From positions 14,260,001 through 14,324,000 of the forward strand of contig CM119381.1 in the NCBI GenBank assembly GCA_051294905.1: a stretch of 64,000 bases of DNA. Reading direction: 5' to 3'. Positions within the stretch are counted from its first letter, which is position 1. Each line of letters begins with the position of its first letter. Made by a program: the position numbers and the translations under genes. The notes below the pieces were generated by a model. That model made no database searches. It was not told the origin of the DNA and was given only the letters and a program-made list of their open reading frames with translations. The stretch is from Botryllus schlosseri. Its lineage: Eukaryota. Below are positions 51,268-63,569 of this stretch, one piece after another.

Positions 51268-54200
51268 TCACGGAATATATACATTCGGCAGCTGACCAGC
51301 GCTGCCATTCTCGGAAGGTGAAACCGTGATGCTACCGCTGGTGATGAGATATCTGACATCGGTTCTGATTGGCGTAGCCGGCACAGGCGCCACTGCAACA
51401 TGAACTGCGTTTTTCCAGTAAACAACGGCTCCAATAATAAGAAGTGCCGTTCCGCACACAGAGCCGACTGCAGCAGCCACATACATTCCTACTCCGGTGC
51501 TGTTTCTTCCTGTAGCTGTGGGATACAGCAGCTTGATTCTGGTAACCGCTTCGAGCGGACTATCAAAGTCCCTGAAAAGCAAGAAGTCACTAGGGATGGC
51601 TGTTGTAAAATGAAAAGATAGATATCTCACATTTCATCGGTGATATATTCATTCCCGCCAAGATTCAATCTCAGGGTTCCATTTGACGAAGATTCCAACA
51701 TATTTTTGACTATGTCAACACAGCGCTCTTCCATGCTAATTCTCTCACTTGCCATGGTATTATTTGCGCTATACGAGTCAGCATCTACACCCGAGTCAGC
51801 AGAAATATTTGACGGTATTTGTAAAATGAAGCCGACAGTGTCATTGCCCTTGTGTCGAACATCAGTTACGCAATCCCTGCAAGATATCGCGAATCATGAA
51901 AGTATTCAAAACTTGAACATCAGACCTAATAATTATACTCGCAAATGTCCGTTGCATCCTTGATGACTTCGACGAGACCTACGACCAGGTCGTCTGACAC
52001 ATTTCTCCCTTCTGTCACACCTTCTTGGAGTTGATCGGATAGTCCAGGTATTAGGGTTGTGAAATTCCCGCAAACAAACATATCTATGAATGTTAATGAT
52101 ATGTTTATTGTTTCCTCAACAAGACCGACACAACTAGATATCAAGGTTTGCGTAAAATTGCTATAAACAATAGAAATACCAAGCCAGGGTTGAATGAATA
52201 GTTTTCATTCAAAATTCATTAGATTTCTCTCTCGTCGGTTTCCCAATATCAGAGGTGGTCAGTAACGAAGTACTTCTACTTTTTGAAAGTACTCAAGTAG
52301 TCTTCCTCTACTTCTGGTACTTACTCAAGTAGATCTGATTTTCTCCACTTCTACTACGTAATATTTTGTGACCTACTTGCTATTTTCAGTTTGTCAAGTA
52401 GAAGTAGTTTAATCCCCTAATTGGCTCAATACGAAAGATAGCCTGAGGAATTTCGGGGCTGTTTTCACGGAGTCCCAACATTCAATATTTATAAAAGTCA
52501 AGTAAAAGCCCAGAAGTATTGTTGCGCTTCGCGCACAGTAGTTATGCAGTGCCAAATATGTTTTGACGAAAGTATCAGTGAATATAATTTAGGTACCAGA
52601 TTGCTTGGTTCCGCTCACACCGCATTGTCGCCCTTATCAAATATCTCATTACAGTAAATATGGCCCACCATAACGTTTGAAACTACCGTTTCGCAATCTA
52701 GCAATTACCTATCATTTCGTAATCTAGCAGCCCATGACGTGTCCTGCTAATCTGGAAAATCCGGCTTTTTTAACGTTACACCTGTTTTAGCAGATCGCCT
52801 TTGAAGCTTTATGGACAAAAGACATGAAATATATTTCCGCTTTTTAGATGTGGTATTTGTATTTCACTTTCAATTCCGAGTATCATACTTTTAGTTCTAA
52901 TTACTTTCGGTTCTTTTGTCTGCAGAACATACATGTTGAAGGATAAAAAAAAAGTGTAGTAATGCCTCTATTTTCCGAAAATAAAGCTACATTAAATATA
53001 ACTTTTACGATCCACAATATTTGTTATTAACGTATACTAATCGCGTAACCGATACAACTTCTCCGTATTGCTCTTTGCCTAAACTTGGGCCTTATAACAT
53101 GAGGTAGGGCGCCATGCCATGATGTTCTCTAAAATGGGGTCTTCTAGTAAACTAAGGGTTGATATAGCATTTCATATCGATACTATAATCTGCATCTCAT
53201 GATGCGAAAGAATGCTTACTCTGTCGTAAATTGATACCTCCTGGGATGCATCAATACGAATCAAGCCCTCTGCACCTTCCGCGTAGCTCAATTTGCAGCT
53301 TTTGACAGTCCATGCGAACGAATTAAGACTGTTTTCAAAACTACTTACTTACTTGAGTAGATTTAAAGTCAGTAAATTATACTTCTACTTCAAGTAGTTT
53401 TAGGTGGCTTATGAAAGAAGTAATTCTACTAGTACTTGAGTAGATTTTTTCGTCGCAACTTCTACTTCTACTTGAGTAGCTTTCTTGACTACTTTGACCA
53501 CCTCTGCCCAATATACAGAGAGCAAGAATATTTGGGCATAGTGGCATAATATAAACTCACTTTTCTATGAATAAGCAGTTAACATAGGCCTACTTAATGG
53601 CACCAAAGCTATAACATAGAACTAATTCGCAGTTATAATACCTCGGTCAACTTCTGTAGGCTCTGTCTCGGTAGAATCCGGGTCAGTAATTTTGTGCGAC
53701 ACATTCCTGCGTATAATCGCTGCCGGCGGACATACAATTCCACCTGTAAACCAACGAAACCTTAACGGTACTATCGCTTTATCGATATTCAGTAAGATAC
53801 CTCTGTAGCCATCGAAGACAATATACTCATGATCAGAACATATTTTCCATTCTGATCCATCCACCCGAACCTCATACGTCTCGTTGTCACTGCATCTGTG
53901 TTCATAGCATCCACCTTGTAACTTCCCCGACGTGCTTACCTGGGAATCAAACAATGACCTAGTTGAGAAACACAGATTACAAAGAACACAAATGTCACAC
54001 TACCGTGGAATTGATCCGGTGAAGATCAGATTCAAAACAGCGACTGTCGGCCGAGAAAATTTCACCGCCCAGCTCCTCATTTTCTTTCCTAAGTGCATCC
54101 GATATGTAATGTTTCGAAAATTGAAATCACCGTGACATCGTTACCTGTTCTCCGCTTTCAAGCATTCCATACCAGGAGTTGTCTTGTAGATCATGCAACC

Positions 54201-57200
54201 GTCGAGATACTTGTCAGTCTTACAAACGGCTTTATCCAGATGGAGGTAGTGACACCCACTGCAAATTAACAGAAACATTGACGCCCACGCTAAAAAAACT
54301 TTTTTCGTGTCAACCTGGCAGAGTTGTCGGTACAGAAGTACTCGGACGACTCATTCGGGCAGGCTTTCTTCGACAGAAACTCGCAGCCCGCGCCCTTGCC
54401 CCAAGCGAGATCTTCCGCGTAATCATAATTGACGTGATACCATCCCATGTCTTCGAACGCGGCGAGAGTAATTCTATCGAGCACAGTCAAATGAGGCTAA
54501 AATTCAGGAAGGTAAATTACAAAGTGCCAGGAGAAGAGGTGGTTCGTGGTGCAGAACCTGAAGATTGCTTTTATCACAACTATCATTGCAAGAATATATG
54601 TATATTTGATCTCAAGACTTTTTGCGTATTGGAATGAACAATTATGCAGTTGACCAATTCCAGTTTTACGTAAACAAATAAAATTTCTGTAAAACTTACA
54701 GATCTAAAATTAGTTACGGTAGCAAATAGTTTGTTTTGTGTGCGTCATCTGCCGTTTTCATCTTTTCCATTGCTATTATCATACAGAATACTCCAATGCT
54801 TTGTTACAATGAAAATTCCATTGTTCGTAATTCTGATTACCAAATTGGTTAATCCTTTTGAACCTGTTTCAATGTCATTAGTGTGCCGATAAGTCTCGAT
54901 AAGAAAATAAATGTATTCACGCAATGGATGTTGTGATGAAAGCAATGTTCCAAGAAAATATTGAATATTGAAAAAACTAACCCGGCTGATTGTCGGTGCC
55001 ATTAGGGATCCTTGCATAAACCGGCCCTCCCAGTGCGAAGATGTGGTGACGGGTCTCTGTAGGACAATATGTATTGATTACACTTCAGGAGAATTGAAAA
55101 GCAAGCTGGGCTGCAAGTGTCTTGTGACGTCATGTCACATAACAATTAGCGATTCATCCGTGGCTATAAAGACAACGGGACAAGTCGCAAGTCGGAACAC
55201 TTGTAACATGTATGAGACATATAATGAAGAAAGTTAGCGCTGCAGTATTCCACAAGGCATACGATGTCAAACTATTGAGCAGTGGTTTCTAACCCAACGT
55301 GCCCATTTAGTGTTTACTCTTTCCCATGCGCAGGCCGATGCCTAAAAGGAGAAATTTTAAATGATCCTTCTACCTGAAGTCTATGCTTCTGACTTCTAGC
55401 ACCATTTTTGGATTTTCTAAAATCTTTTAATGGTATCATTTACATTGTTCGCCGTCACAAATTATGTTGACAAATCGAGTTGGGGAAGGGCTACTGTTAA
55501 GATGGCAAATCCTGGAATTAAGAAGTGCAAACAGGACAACAAATCATTCAAACCATCATGCATTGGTCGACGCGTTAATCACAAAATAGAAATAGAAAAT
55601 TGGAATTACAGATCATAAGTACGTGAGAATCATAGCCATGCAAAGACACACACGTCTCATACTTGACAATGAGCGGACAACTGAAAAAGTAGTGTGTCAG
55701 AAAGATGGGAGCAAGATTGCAATCATTGTCAACTCTTTGTCCTCGATATTTCTCGAGTATTTGGTCAAGACAAGTTAATATGTGCATTAAAAATGATGGA
55801 TAATGCTGTGAAAGGTATCCTTGATACAAAATGTGGTATCCGTGTATATTATAAAATATATCTGTCATAATCAGATATACATTTATGATTCGGTAATTTG
55901 AGCAGAGAATCAATTATCCGGCCTAAAGAAATTAACTTCTGGAGAAATAGTATAATGGTGGTGTTAGCAACCAACAGAAGAGTTAAAATCACTCAAGCAC
56001 ATTATCAGGATCACATCACAGATCAATCACATTCAACGCAATTTCACACTAACGAGTTGAACGATTTCACCTGAGGCTGGAAAAATTCCCTCGGCTCGCG
56101 TCCCAGAATTCATACCTAGTAGCAAGGACCAAAGAAATTGCAGTTTTACGAATAGCCTACCAGATTATAACATCTTAATCGAGTACTGCTGCGAATTGTC
56201 GGGCTTGCACGTAAAAATTATACGTGCAACATCAGCGGCTTTTTACTTGGTATTAACTCTATACTGCAACTTGGCAACTTGGGGTACTTGATGAAACGAG
56301 ATCTGGATACAGTCCGAAACAAGGAAAGTTACATTGTCAAATTTTGGCAACATAGGAGTATATAACCAATGATATTGGCAGTTATGAGTTAATTTCCTCA
56401 GAACTATTCAGTAGGCCTACATCTGTACACTGTTCACAGTTCACTCAATTCTAGACAATTACTGCCTCCTTCGACTTGTTGTTACGAAAAGACTGGTTTA
56501 ATACTTCACAACCAATCCATTCTCTGTGCACGATACATAATAAATCAAAGTACATTGTATGAAAGAAATCCAGCTTACCACAACATGATTTTCCAAGGGA
56601 CAACCATTGACTGTCGGGCAGCCAAAGTGATCTCTAGTCTCCTTTATCACCGCTGGCGTTAAGATGTTTTTCACTCCGTCGATGACTCCGACAGAATTTT
56701 TTCTTCTCCCACAAATCCATTGTATAACCGTTTTATTCGCCGCCTTCAAATTTAAAACAATAGTTTGAAGTATCTCAGCGAAGGAAGGTCGGACTGTCAC
56801 CTCTAGATTGTTGATCTTCATTTCGCAACTTTGGAACTTGTCAAAAAGGTCTTTGGAGAAGCCCAAAACGTGAAGTATCTCGTGAAGCGATGTCTTGAAA
56901 GATACGATATATCAATCAATTTCACCAAAAAGTGCCCGGAAACGCATGGCATAAAATTGCTATAACAAGTCGAGTCTCACATCATAAATAGATTGAAAGC
57001 AAAGTTGAACTGTTACAGGTCGAACATACGACATTCGGAACTTCAACAGAATAATAGGCAACAAAAATATGCAAAATAACGAAGGAATTAAATACGATCA
57101 AAATAACAAGAGATGAATAGGACAGGAATAAATGTACAATGTTGATCACAAGCTGCTGGTAGACTGCAAAGCAGTTTCGGCAGAACGCTAGGCGTAGGCC

Positions 57201-60200
57201 TTAGAGCCCTGCATGCTGAAACCCAGGCGAAAACCGGCAACTTAGCCCCTGAAACTAGGGAGCGAGCTGGCATGGATAACCAGGTAGGCGATGCACAGAT
57301 TTTACAGATTTAGCGAGTGCGCTCTGAGGTTGCGACTATTTTTCCAGTCATTCGGTCAAAACCTTACCGTGAAGGTAGAGAGCAAGAGGGAATCCAAACA
57401 AGTGTGAATACTGAATACCCCAGGCATAAACCAAATAAATGTATTCAAGATCCGAAGTACAAACTGTCCAATGAATCAATTGTAAGGCCGCAGGTAGAAA
57501 GACAACACTAGACAGACGAATGCTTATTCAAGCAATGGCTAAAGTTCCACTTGACAGGTTACAAAACTTGAAACAATTTGAAGAGGTGGTATTGGCATAG
57601 CCTCAACATTGTGATCGTAATAACAAACTTCAGGATCTCCAGTTCAATACATTGACCTTTGTGCACAAATTAGGTCGATTTAAATTATTTGACAAAGTTT
57701 ATACATATCTCACCATGTATGTGATGTCTTCGTTGTACAATGGATCTTTCAAATACTTTGGGCAGTAGTTTATAAGTCCAGCGATGGGTCGGTGGTACTG
57801 ATCCACTTGGCAATATGTTGCATAAGCTATCAAACCCTTGACGACATTCAGAAATCTTAATTATGATCACGTCTGCTACGATGCTACACAGTAACACCCA
57901 CATTTTGTTTGCAAAGAATAGTGTTCTTGGCGTGCACGTATAAAACCATGTCCGCATCTAAAATGCCTGCTCCATCTTTATACAACCATTGAGTGGGAAC
58001 TGGAGTATTATTTCCGTAAATGGGATATCCACGAAGATGAGCGTCTGGGATCTAAAAGATTACATGTCAAATCCCAGAAGTACTAGTGGCACACCTGAGA
58101 ATAAATATGTGGTGCCACACTAGTGTGACACCTACCACAGCACACAGTTCGGGAATCACTGGTCAAGAATCTATATATATATGACCGATATCACGATATG
58201 GTGTAGGTATTGTACGGTATTTCTAAAACGATTTTAATAATTATTTCTGCAGTACTTCTATGCCGCAAAGATATCGTATCTGAATATATCAAACAATCTA
58301 GGTCTAAAATATTGAATAAACTTCATCGTAATATGGGACATACCTTAAAATCATCAATACAGGTTTCTCCCGAGTAATCTGGGTCGGCTGCGGCACATCT
58401 GAAAATTTATTACTTAATTACATACCAGAATTGTATATAGCTCACGATACTGACGACATAGAAGCAATATAATCGAACATTCGCATATAGCAGACATAAT
58501 AAAAAATATGCAAGAGAAAACTTCGTGAGTGCTAAAGACAAAGCTAAAAACAAATGAAAATGATCAAAGAAATCAAGTTGAACAAGAAAATGCGATGACG
58601 GAAATGATAAAATGATAGCAGGCAACATGCAATAAGAAGAAACAACAATTGATCAAACACAGCATTCATATGAATTGAAACTGGTAGATACAATGAGCTA
58701 CTATCACTACAAGTAGTTGCATAAAATGAACTGTTTCAGAATTTGTGTGATGCCGATATACTCACAAGCAGTTTGAAATTACCTGGATAGTATTGTATAC
58801 AATGTCTGAAAATTCAAGGGATGTAAAACAGTTACACAGAATTACATGTGCGGCTGCATCCATCTCAACACCACACTGTACAGATTGTAGCCTATTAGCC
58901 CATAACTCGAGCCGTGGAGTATATACTTTCCTGTTCAGAAGTAGTACTTTTACAAACATAATATTCGTTGACTAAACTCTAAATGCAAATCACCTCTTAG
59001 GTCTTAATCTTGTTGACGGTCGTTGATCAGTCCAGAAATTGTTACATATTCGTTCAGGAGTTCTGTTGAATCTCAAACGGTCTCTGACTGGAATCACTGA
59101 AAAATCAACATGGCAATCATACCATTGATACAAAGTGGGAGCACCGGTTATATGACAAATATAACTTCAATAAGTATTATTAATATATATGATAGGCAAC
59201 GCCGCTTCCTACATAGCCTGCATTGTTGTGATGGGCTTTCATCAGTTTAGTGGTCTTCGTTCGTCCACTAATACCCGATCAGCGAATTGGCGTGATATCT
59301 TACACATTAGCTTCACTCTTCAGTACCATATTTCATCACAGTACCAGAATTTTTCACCAGGGTTAGCTTTGGTTTTGGTATTCATCAATATAATCTATCA
59401 CAATGGGTTGCACAAAGACTAACCAACGTTGGGACGTGATTAGATTTTGTGTTACTCTCGGGGACGATACAACACACCAATATAACAAAATATATGGTGA
59501 AATAAACAGGGGCAAAACAAATAGTAGTATCTATGAACATGTCGTGCACTTCAAATCAAGTTAAGAGACACTTCTGTGTTTATTTATGATTTGTTGACAA
59601 AACACGACTGGCATAAGCATGTCAAGTGCGGTGGGAAGAATATGAGAAAAAATTTATTCCATATTACACACATTTCATTCTAGTGACAATGACAAACTAT
59701 GACAATCATAACATCTATTGTAGGCCACGACTCAGTATGATAGCATATATCAACAACCCATCGGTAATCAATCGTAGAATCAGTCTAGGCTGACATTTTC
59801 ATGTCAATAACAGAATTGATAAATTAAGCGTTAAAGGTCTTTCAATTAATTCTATCAAACTACATTTTTAATGGCCAAAGCATAGCACAATCCACAACAC
59901 TGGTCACTCAATTGAAAAAATGAAATCGGGTGGAAATGTTTTCAGGGGTTTCAAGGTTGCTGAATATGAATTAGTTTTGGCAGATTGATTCTAGTTTCGA
60001 AGATACGTATACCCCTAGATAAGCCCAATTACTGTGTTCCCCCCTAAATATTTCATCCAGAGTGGGAAATAAAAAATAGCTCTTTTGACTTTTATACTGC
60101 GTATAAATATATAATTGACTATGAAGAACCCTCTTGGGATCGTCAGTTATTCAATCGATCTGAACTTAACCTGGAGCGATACATTTATTTGTCAAAAGAG

Positions 60201-62550
60201 CAGTCTGTCAAGCCTAAAAATTGTAGTTTTGCACAACAGAAATATATTTGCCCCTGTACCAATTGGTCATTCTACCTAGATGAAAGAGGATTATGAAGAC
60301 GTATTAAATTTGTTCTTGAAAACATCAACTACAATACTCATATGCGGCTCATTTCTGTTGACAATTAATGGCCCATTTTCTGCGGAGTCAATCAGTGGAA
60401 ATACTAAGTATCCTTGTTTTCTATGTTTATGGGACAACAGGGCAAGAATCCAGTGTTCGCGCATGAAACACTGGTCAGAATGAATCAGTCTTCAAGTTGT
60501 AACAGCCTTGTAATCAAGGAGCATTTGATACCAGGGTTGTAATGACTCGAGTAATGACTCGACTAGAGTCCGAATCGAGCCACGAGTTACTGATGACTCG
60601 ACTTGACTCGAGTCATTTTCGTATTTTGAGAAATCGACTCTAGTCAATTTGCATATCGACTCGACTTGTACTCGAGTCCTTGCGCATGACTCGAATCAAG
60701 TCATATGACTCGAGACTCAGACGGCCAAGACCGACATTTCATTGTAATTTCGAAGAATAGTAACGTATCCACACCATTGGGATTTTGTCTGTTGGTACTC
60801 GTACTTGAAAATGCGACCAGAAACTGCTAAAAGAGAGGAAAATTAGTATATTATAAATGCTACCACCAAACAGAGTTATAAAAGTGGTTTTAACAATACT
60901 TTAACTGGAAACCGAGTAGTTATCATCACAATGACTTGGACTCGGGTCATAATATCATGACTCGGACTCGACCCGCTGACTTGGACTCGGACTTGACTCG
61001 GTGGTGAATTCAAAATGACTCGAGTCAAAACCATAAAAGTGAGATTGACTTCTGACTCGGAGCCTTGTGACTGTTTGATACCAAGGGATATTATTGTGTT
61101 TTCTCCAGTGCGCATCAAATTAGGGTGAATGAAGTAGTTTGTCAAAGTACTCAAATAATAGAAATGCTTCTACTCTTCAAGTAAATCTGTAGATAATTCC
61201 GGGGACTCTCAAACGAGCAGCTTGAAGCTGACGTCTTTGATGGACCCCAGATTTAAATGAAGATGAAAGATTCTAATTACATATGAACAGAAATGCTGCT
61301 TGGAACTCCTTCATTTGGGGAAAATAACTAAATGGCTTTCAATCGTAAATCGTAAATGAAACAATTTTATTTTAAGTATCAAATTATTATTATTGGATTA
61401 CAAGTGAAACTGGTTGAATTGATGCAACGCTATTTGAGTATTTCTTGTATATCAAATTGGGGTTTATTTGCATGGCACATAATATCCGTTAAAGTCTTCA
61501 ACTAGGATAAATCTAATACCTTTAAAACATAGTGACATGGCTGTATTATGATTTAAAACCGTCTTCAGCCTGTGCGTTGAGTGTACAAACACCAATTAGA
61601 TTGAATTTCTCAAATTTATAACGTGACTGAGCTTTTTTATATAAATAGGCTACTCCATACGGCGGGAATATGAGAATTTAGTCAAAATATCTTCACAGGT
61701 TATCTACAAAAAGTAGGCTTACTTCTTGGTGGGTTGGCTGTTGCAAACTGTATAGCCTACCTCAAAAATCTACCAAATGACGAAAGTATAGCAATCAAAA
61801 TTGATCAATATAGCATATAGAATAAAATATGTAGTGGTTTAAGAAGTACCTAATTGCTTGCTAATGGCCAGCAAAACAACTTAGAAAATTGCTAAAATAA
61901 ATTGGGTCACTCAAACTAAAGTATCAAAATATGAAAAATAGCTTCGAAGTACATTGCTAGTTGCTGCGCATCCATCTTATCCACTTGTGCATTGCTCATA
62001 AGCGAGTTGAAAGCATACCTGATAATATATTGTGAATTTTCTTCACAGCTTGATGCACACTTTTATTCAATCTTTTGAAGAATTCGCTGGTCATCTTGAA
62101 ACTGATGTACTCATTTTGTATGAATATTTTAATTCTGATAGGTTTCAATAGTTCTTTATGATGCTGCTTTGCATTAGGCCTTTTCCTTCGTGCCTGAGCA
62201 CTGAGGTTCTTTTGACGACCTGGGATGTTGACCTGTTGCGAATCAGATGCTGAGCTCTCTGCTGGTGAATTTTGATCACTTTTGGCGCTCTTTGCTTCGG
62301 TTGATCTTTTAGAACGATGAACTGTTTTCGGTACTTCAACGCCGGCAGACTTCTGACTGGTAGACTGGGACTTGACAGTATTTTCCGGCACGACTCTATC
62401 GATCGTCTTTCTGAAGTTGTAAAACTGAGGACTTATTCCTCTTGTCGGTTTGATTGAATCGTGAACACAATTTCGATGACATGACGTATGCAGTATCAAT
62501 CCCATTACTTGAATAACAACAAACTTTCCGATGGCACCACGAACAATCAT
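51268..62550 (-). CDS. CIROP: Ciliated left-right organizer metallopeptidase-like (CIROP/LMLN2; M8 leishmanolysin family), type I membrane protein, 870 aa
   Basis: 16 phase-consistent exons: 62550-62019, 59096-58994, 58398-58344, 58051-57902, 57836-57714, 56893-56801, 56743-56579, 55056-54982, 54496-54315, 54258-54145, 54088-54004, 53939-53801, 53743-53642, 52083-51939, 51876-51631, 51571-51268 (2613 nt). Signal peptide, [24 protein letters not shown] (HEXXH), [14 protein letters not shown] (third His and Met-turn), [35 protein letters not shown] and a C-terminal TM. By recall these fit CIROP ([23 protein letters not shown]) better than LMLN (NHWEKRLLENEAM). Confidence 0.87.
52250..53506 (+). 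mobile_element. Non-autonomous hAT element (1257 bp) in CIROP intron 13
   Basis: TIRs CAGAGGTGGTCA; perfect TSD CCCAATAT (52242-52249, 53507-53514); TACTCAAGTA/TACTTCTACT subterminal repeats. Confidence 0.92.
60170..61330 (+). pseudogene. Decayed DDE transposase, Chapaev/CMC-like, split by a hAT MITE
   Basis: [30 protein letters not shown] and [15 protein letters not shown] lie before the MITE; [17 protein letters not shown] and [17 protein letters not shown] lie after it. Several stops and frameshifts. Superfamily assignment is from motif recall. Confidence 0.7.
60532..61073. mobile_element. hAT-type MITE (CAGGGTTG family) with a shortened right end
   Basis: Perfect TSD TTTGATAC (60524-60531, 61074-61081); body matches 38094-38622 but ends ...GTGACTG instead of ...GGTTATAACCCTG. 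Confidence 0.85.
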
Positions 62551-63569
62551 TGGTCTGTTATGCGAGGAAATATAGGAACCAGCATAGCACTCGCAATCGA
62601 TATTAGCACCAAGCCTGAAAAATATAATGAAGATTTTGGTATATATCTAATAACAGATCAATATTAAATAGGGATACTGATAATTGTTCTCTATAGATGG
62701 GGCCGGGGCAAGGCACACAGCATTTTATTATTTAGTTTGGCGGACTTGATAAAATTCTGATCAGTTTGATTGTTCTCACATCGGGTAATTGTTTCAAAAA
62801 ATGGGATACAGAATCTTTTATTTAGTGATGTGACATTTATTTGGTGATATCCGTTTGGAATCGGTGTCCTGTGCTCACTCTATATTTCATTTTTTAATTA
62901 TTTTTTATTAAATTACTTTAACTTGGAAAATCATCGCTGCTCACCTGATATATCAGGCAAAAAGGCCAGCGATTCCAATCAGGATTCCTATAAAAATAGC
63001 CAAATCGTGATAGTGGGGGAAGCGGGGGTTCTCTCAGAGAGAAGACATAAGATGGATATCAATGAAATTTCGTACGAATAGAATTCTAGTATTTGTAGAC
63101 CTCTTGCTGGTGTCAGAGGTTCAATTCATAAAAAAACGGGGATCGACGTTAAGTTTTAACGATGTCATTAAGTAAACTTTCACTTTCCGTTTCTGATACG
63201 TCCTTTTCCTTCTAGGCTGTATGTTCGTGCCGAAATCCATACCAAACTAACACCATCACCATGCAACCAGGGTGAAGTTAGCCCTCAACGATTTTGCCCT
63301 CAAAGTAAAAATTACCAACTAATATACCAACGACAGCATGAATCCAATGGATCACCATTTTTGAAATATCGACCATGATCGGTAAATTTCAAACGCCACA
63401 GTTAGTATTTTCATGATATCAAACCAAAGCATTGGCCTACAGCAAACCAAGAATGATAATATTTTAAGGGTTGATTATGGTAATTAAACCTTGACATAAC
63501 CTAATATATTTCGCTTGACGTAGCAAACACGATGTGCATATCCCTATGGTTACTGATGCCACCACAAAT

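Noticed and set aside
51640-51963. 107-aa plus-strand ORF with a signal-like stretch
   Set aside because: Antisense to CIROP exons 14-15, which splice cleanly on the minus strand.
51268-62550. Calling the M8 peptidase LMLN/invadolysin
   Set aside because: The diagnostic segments ([25 protein letters not shown] anchor) fit CIROP/LMLN2 better by recall; a phylogeny should confirm.
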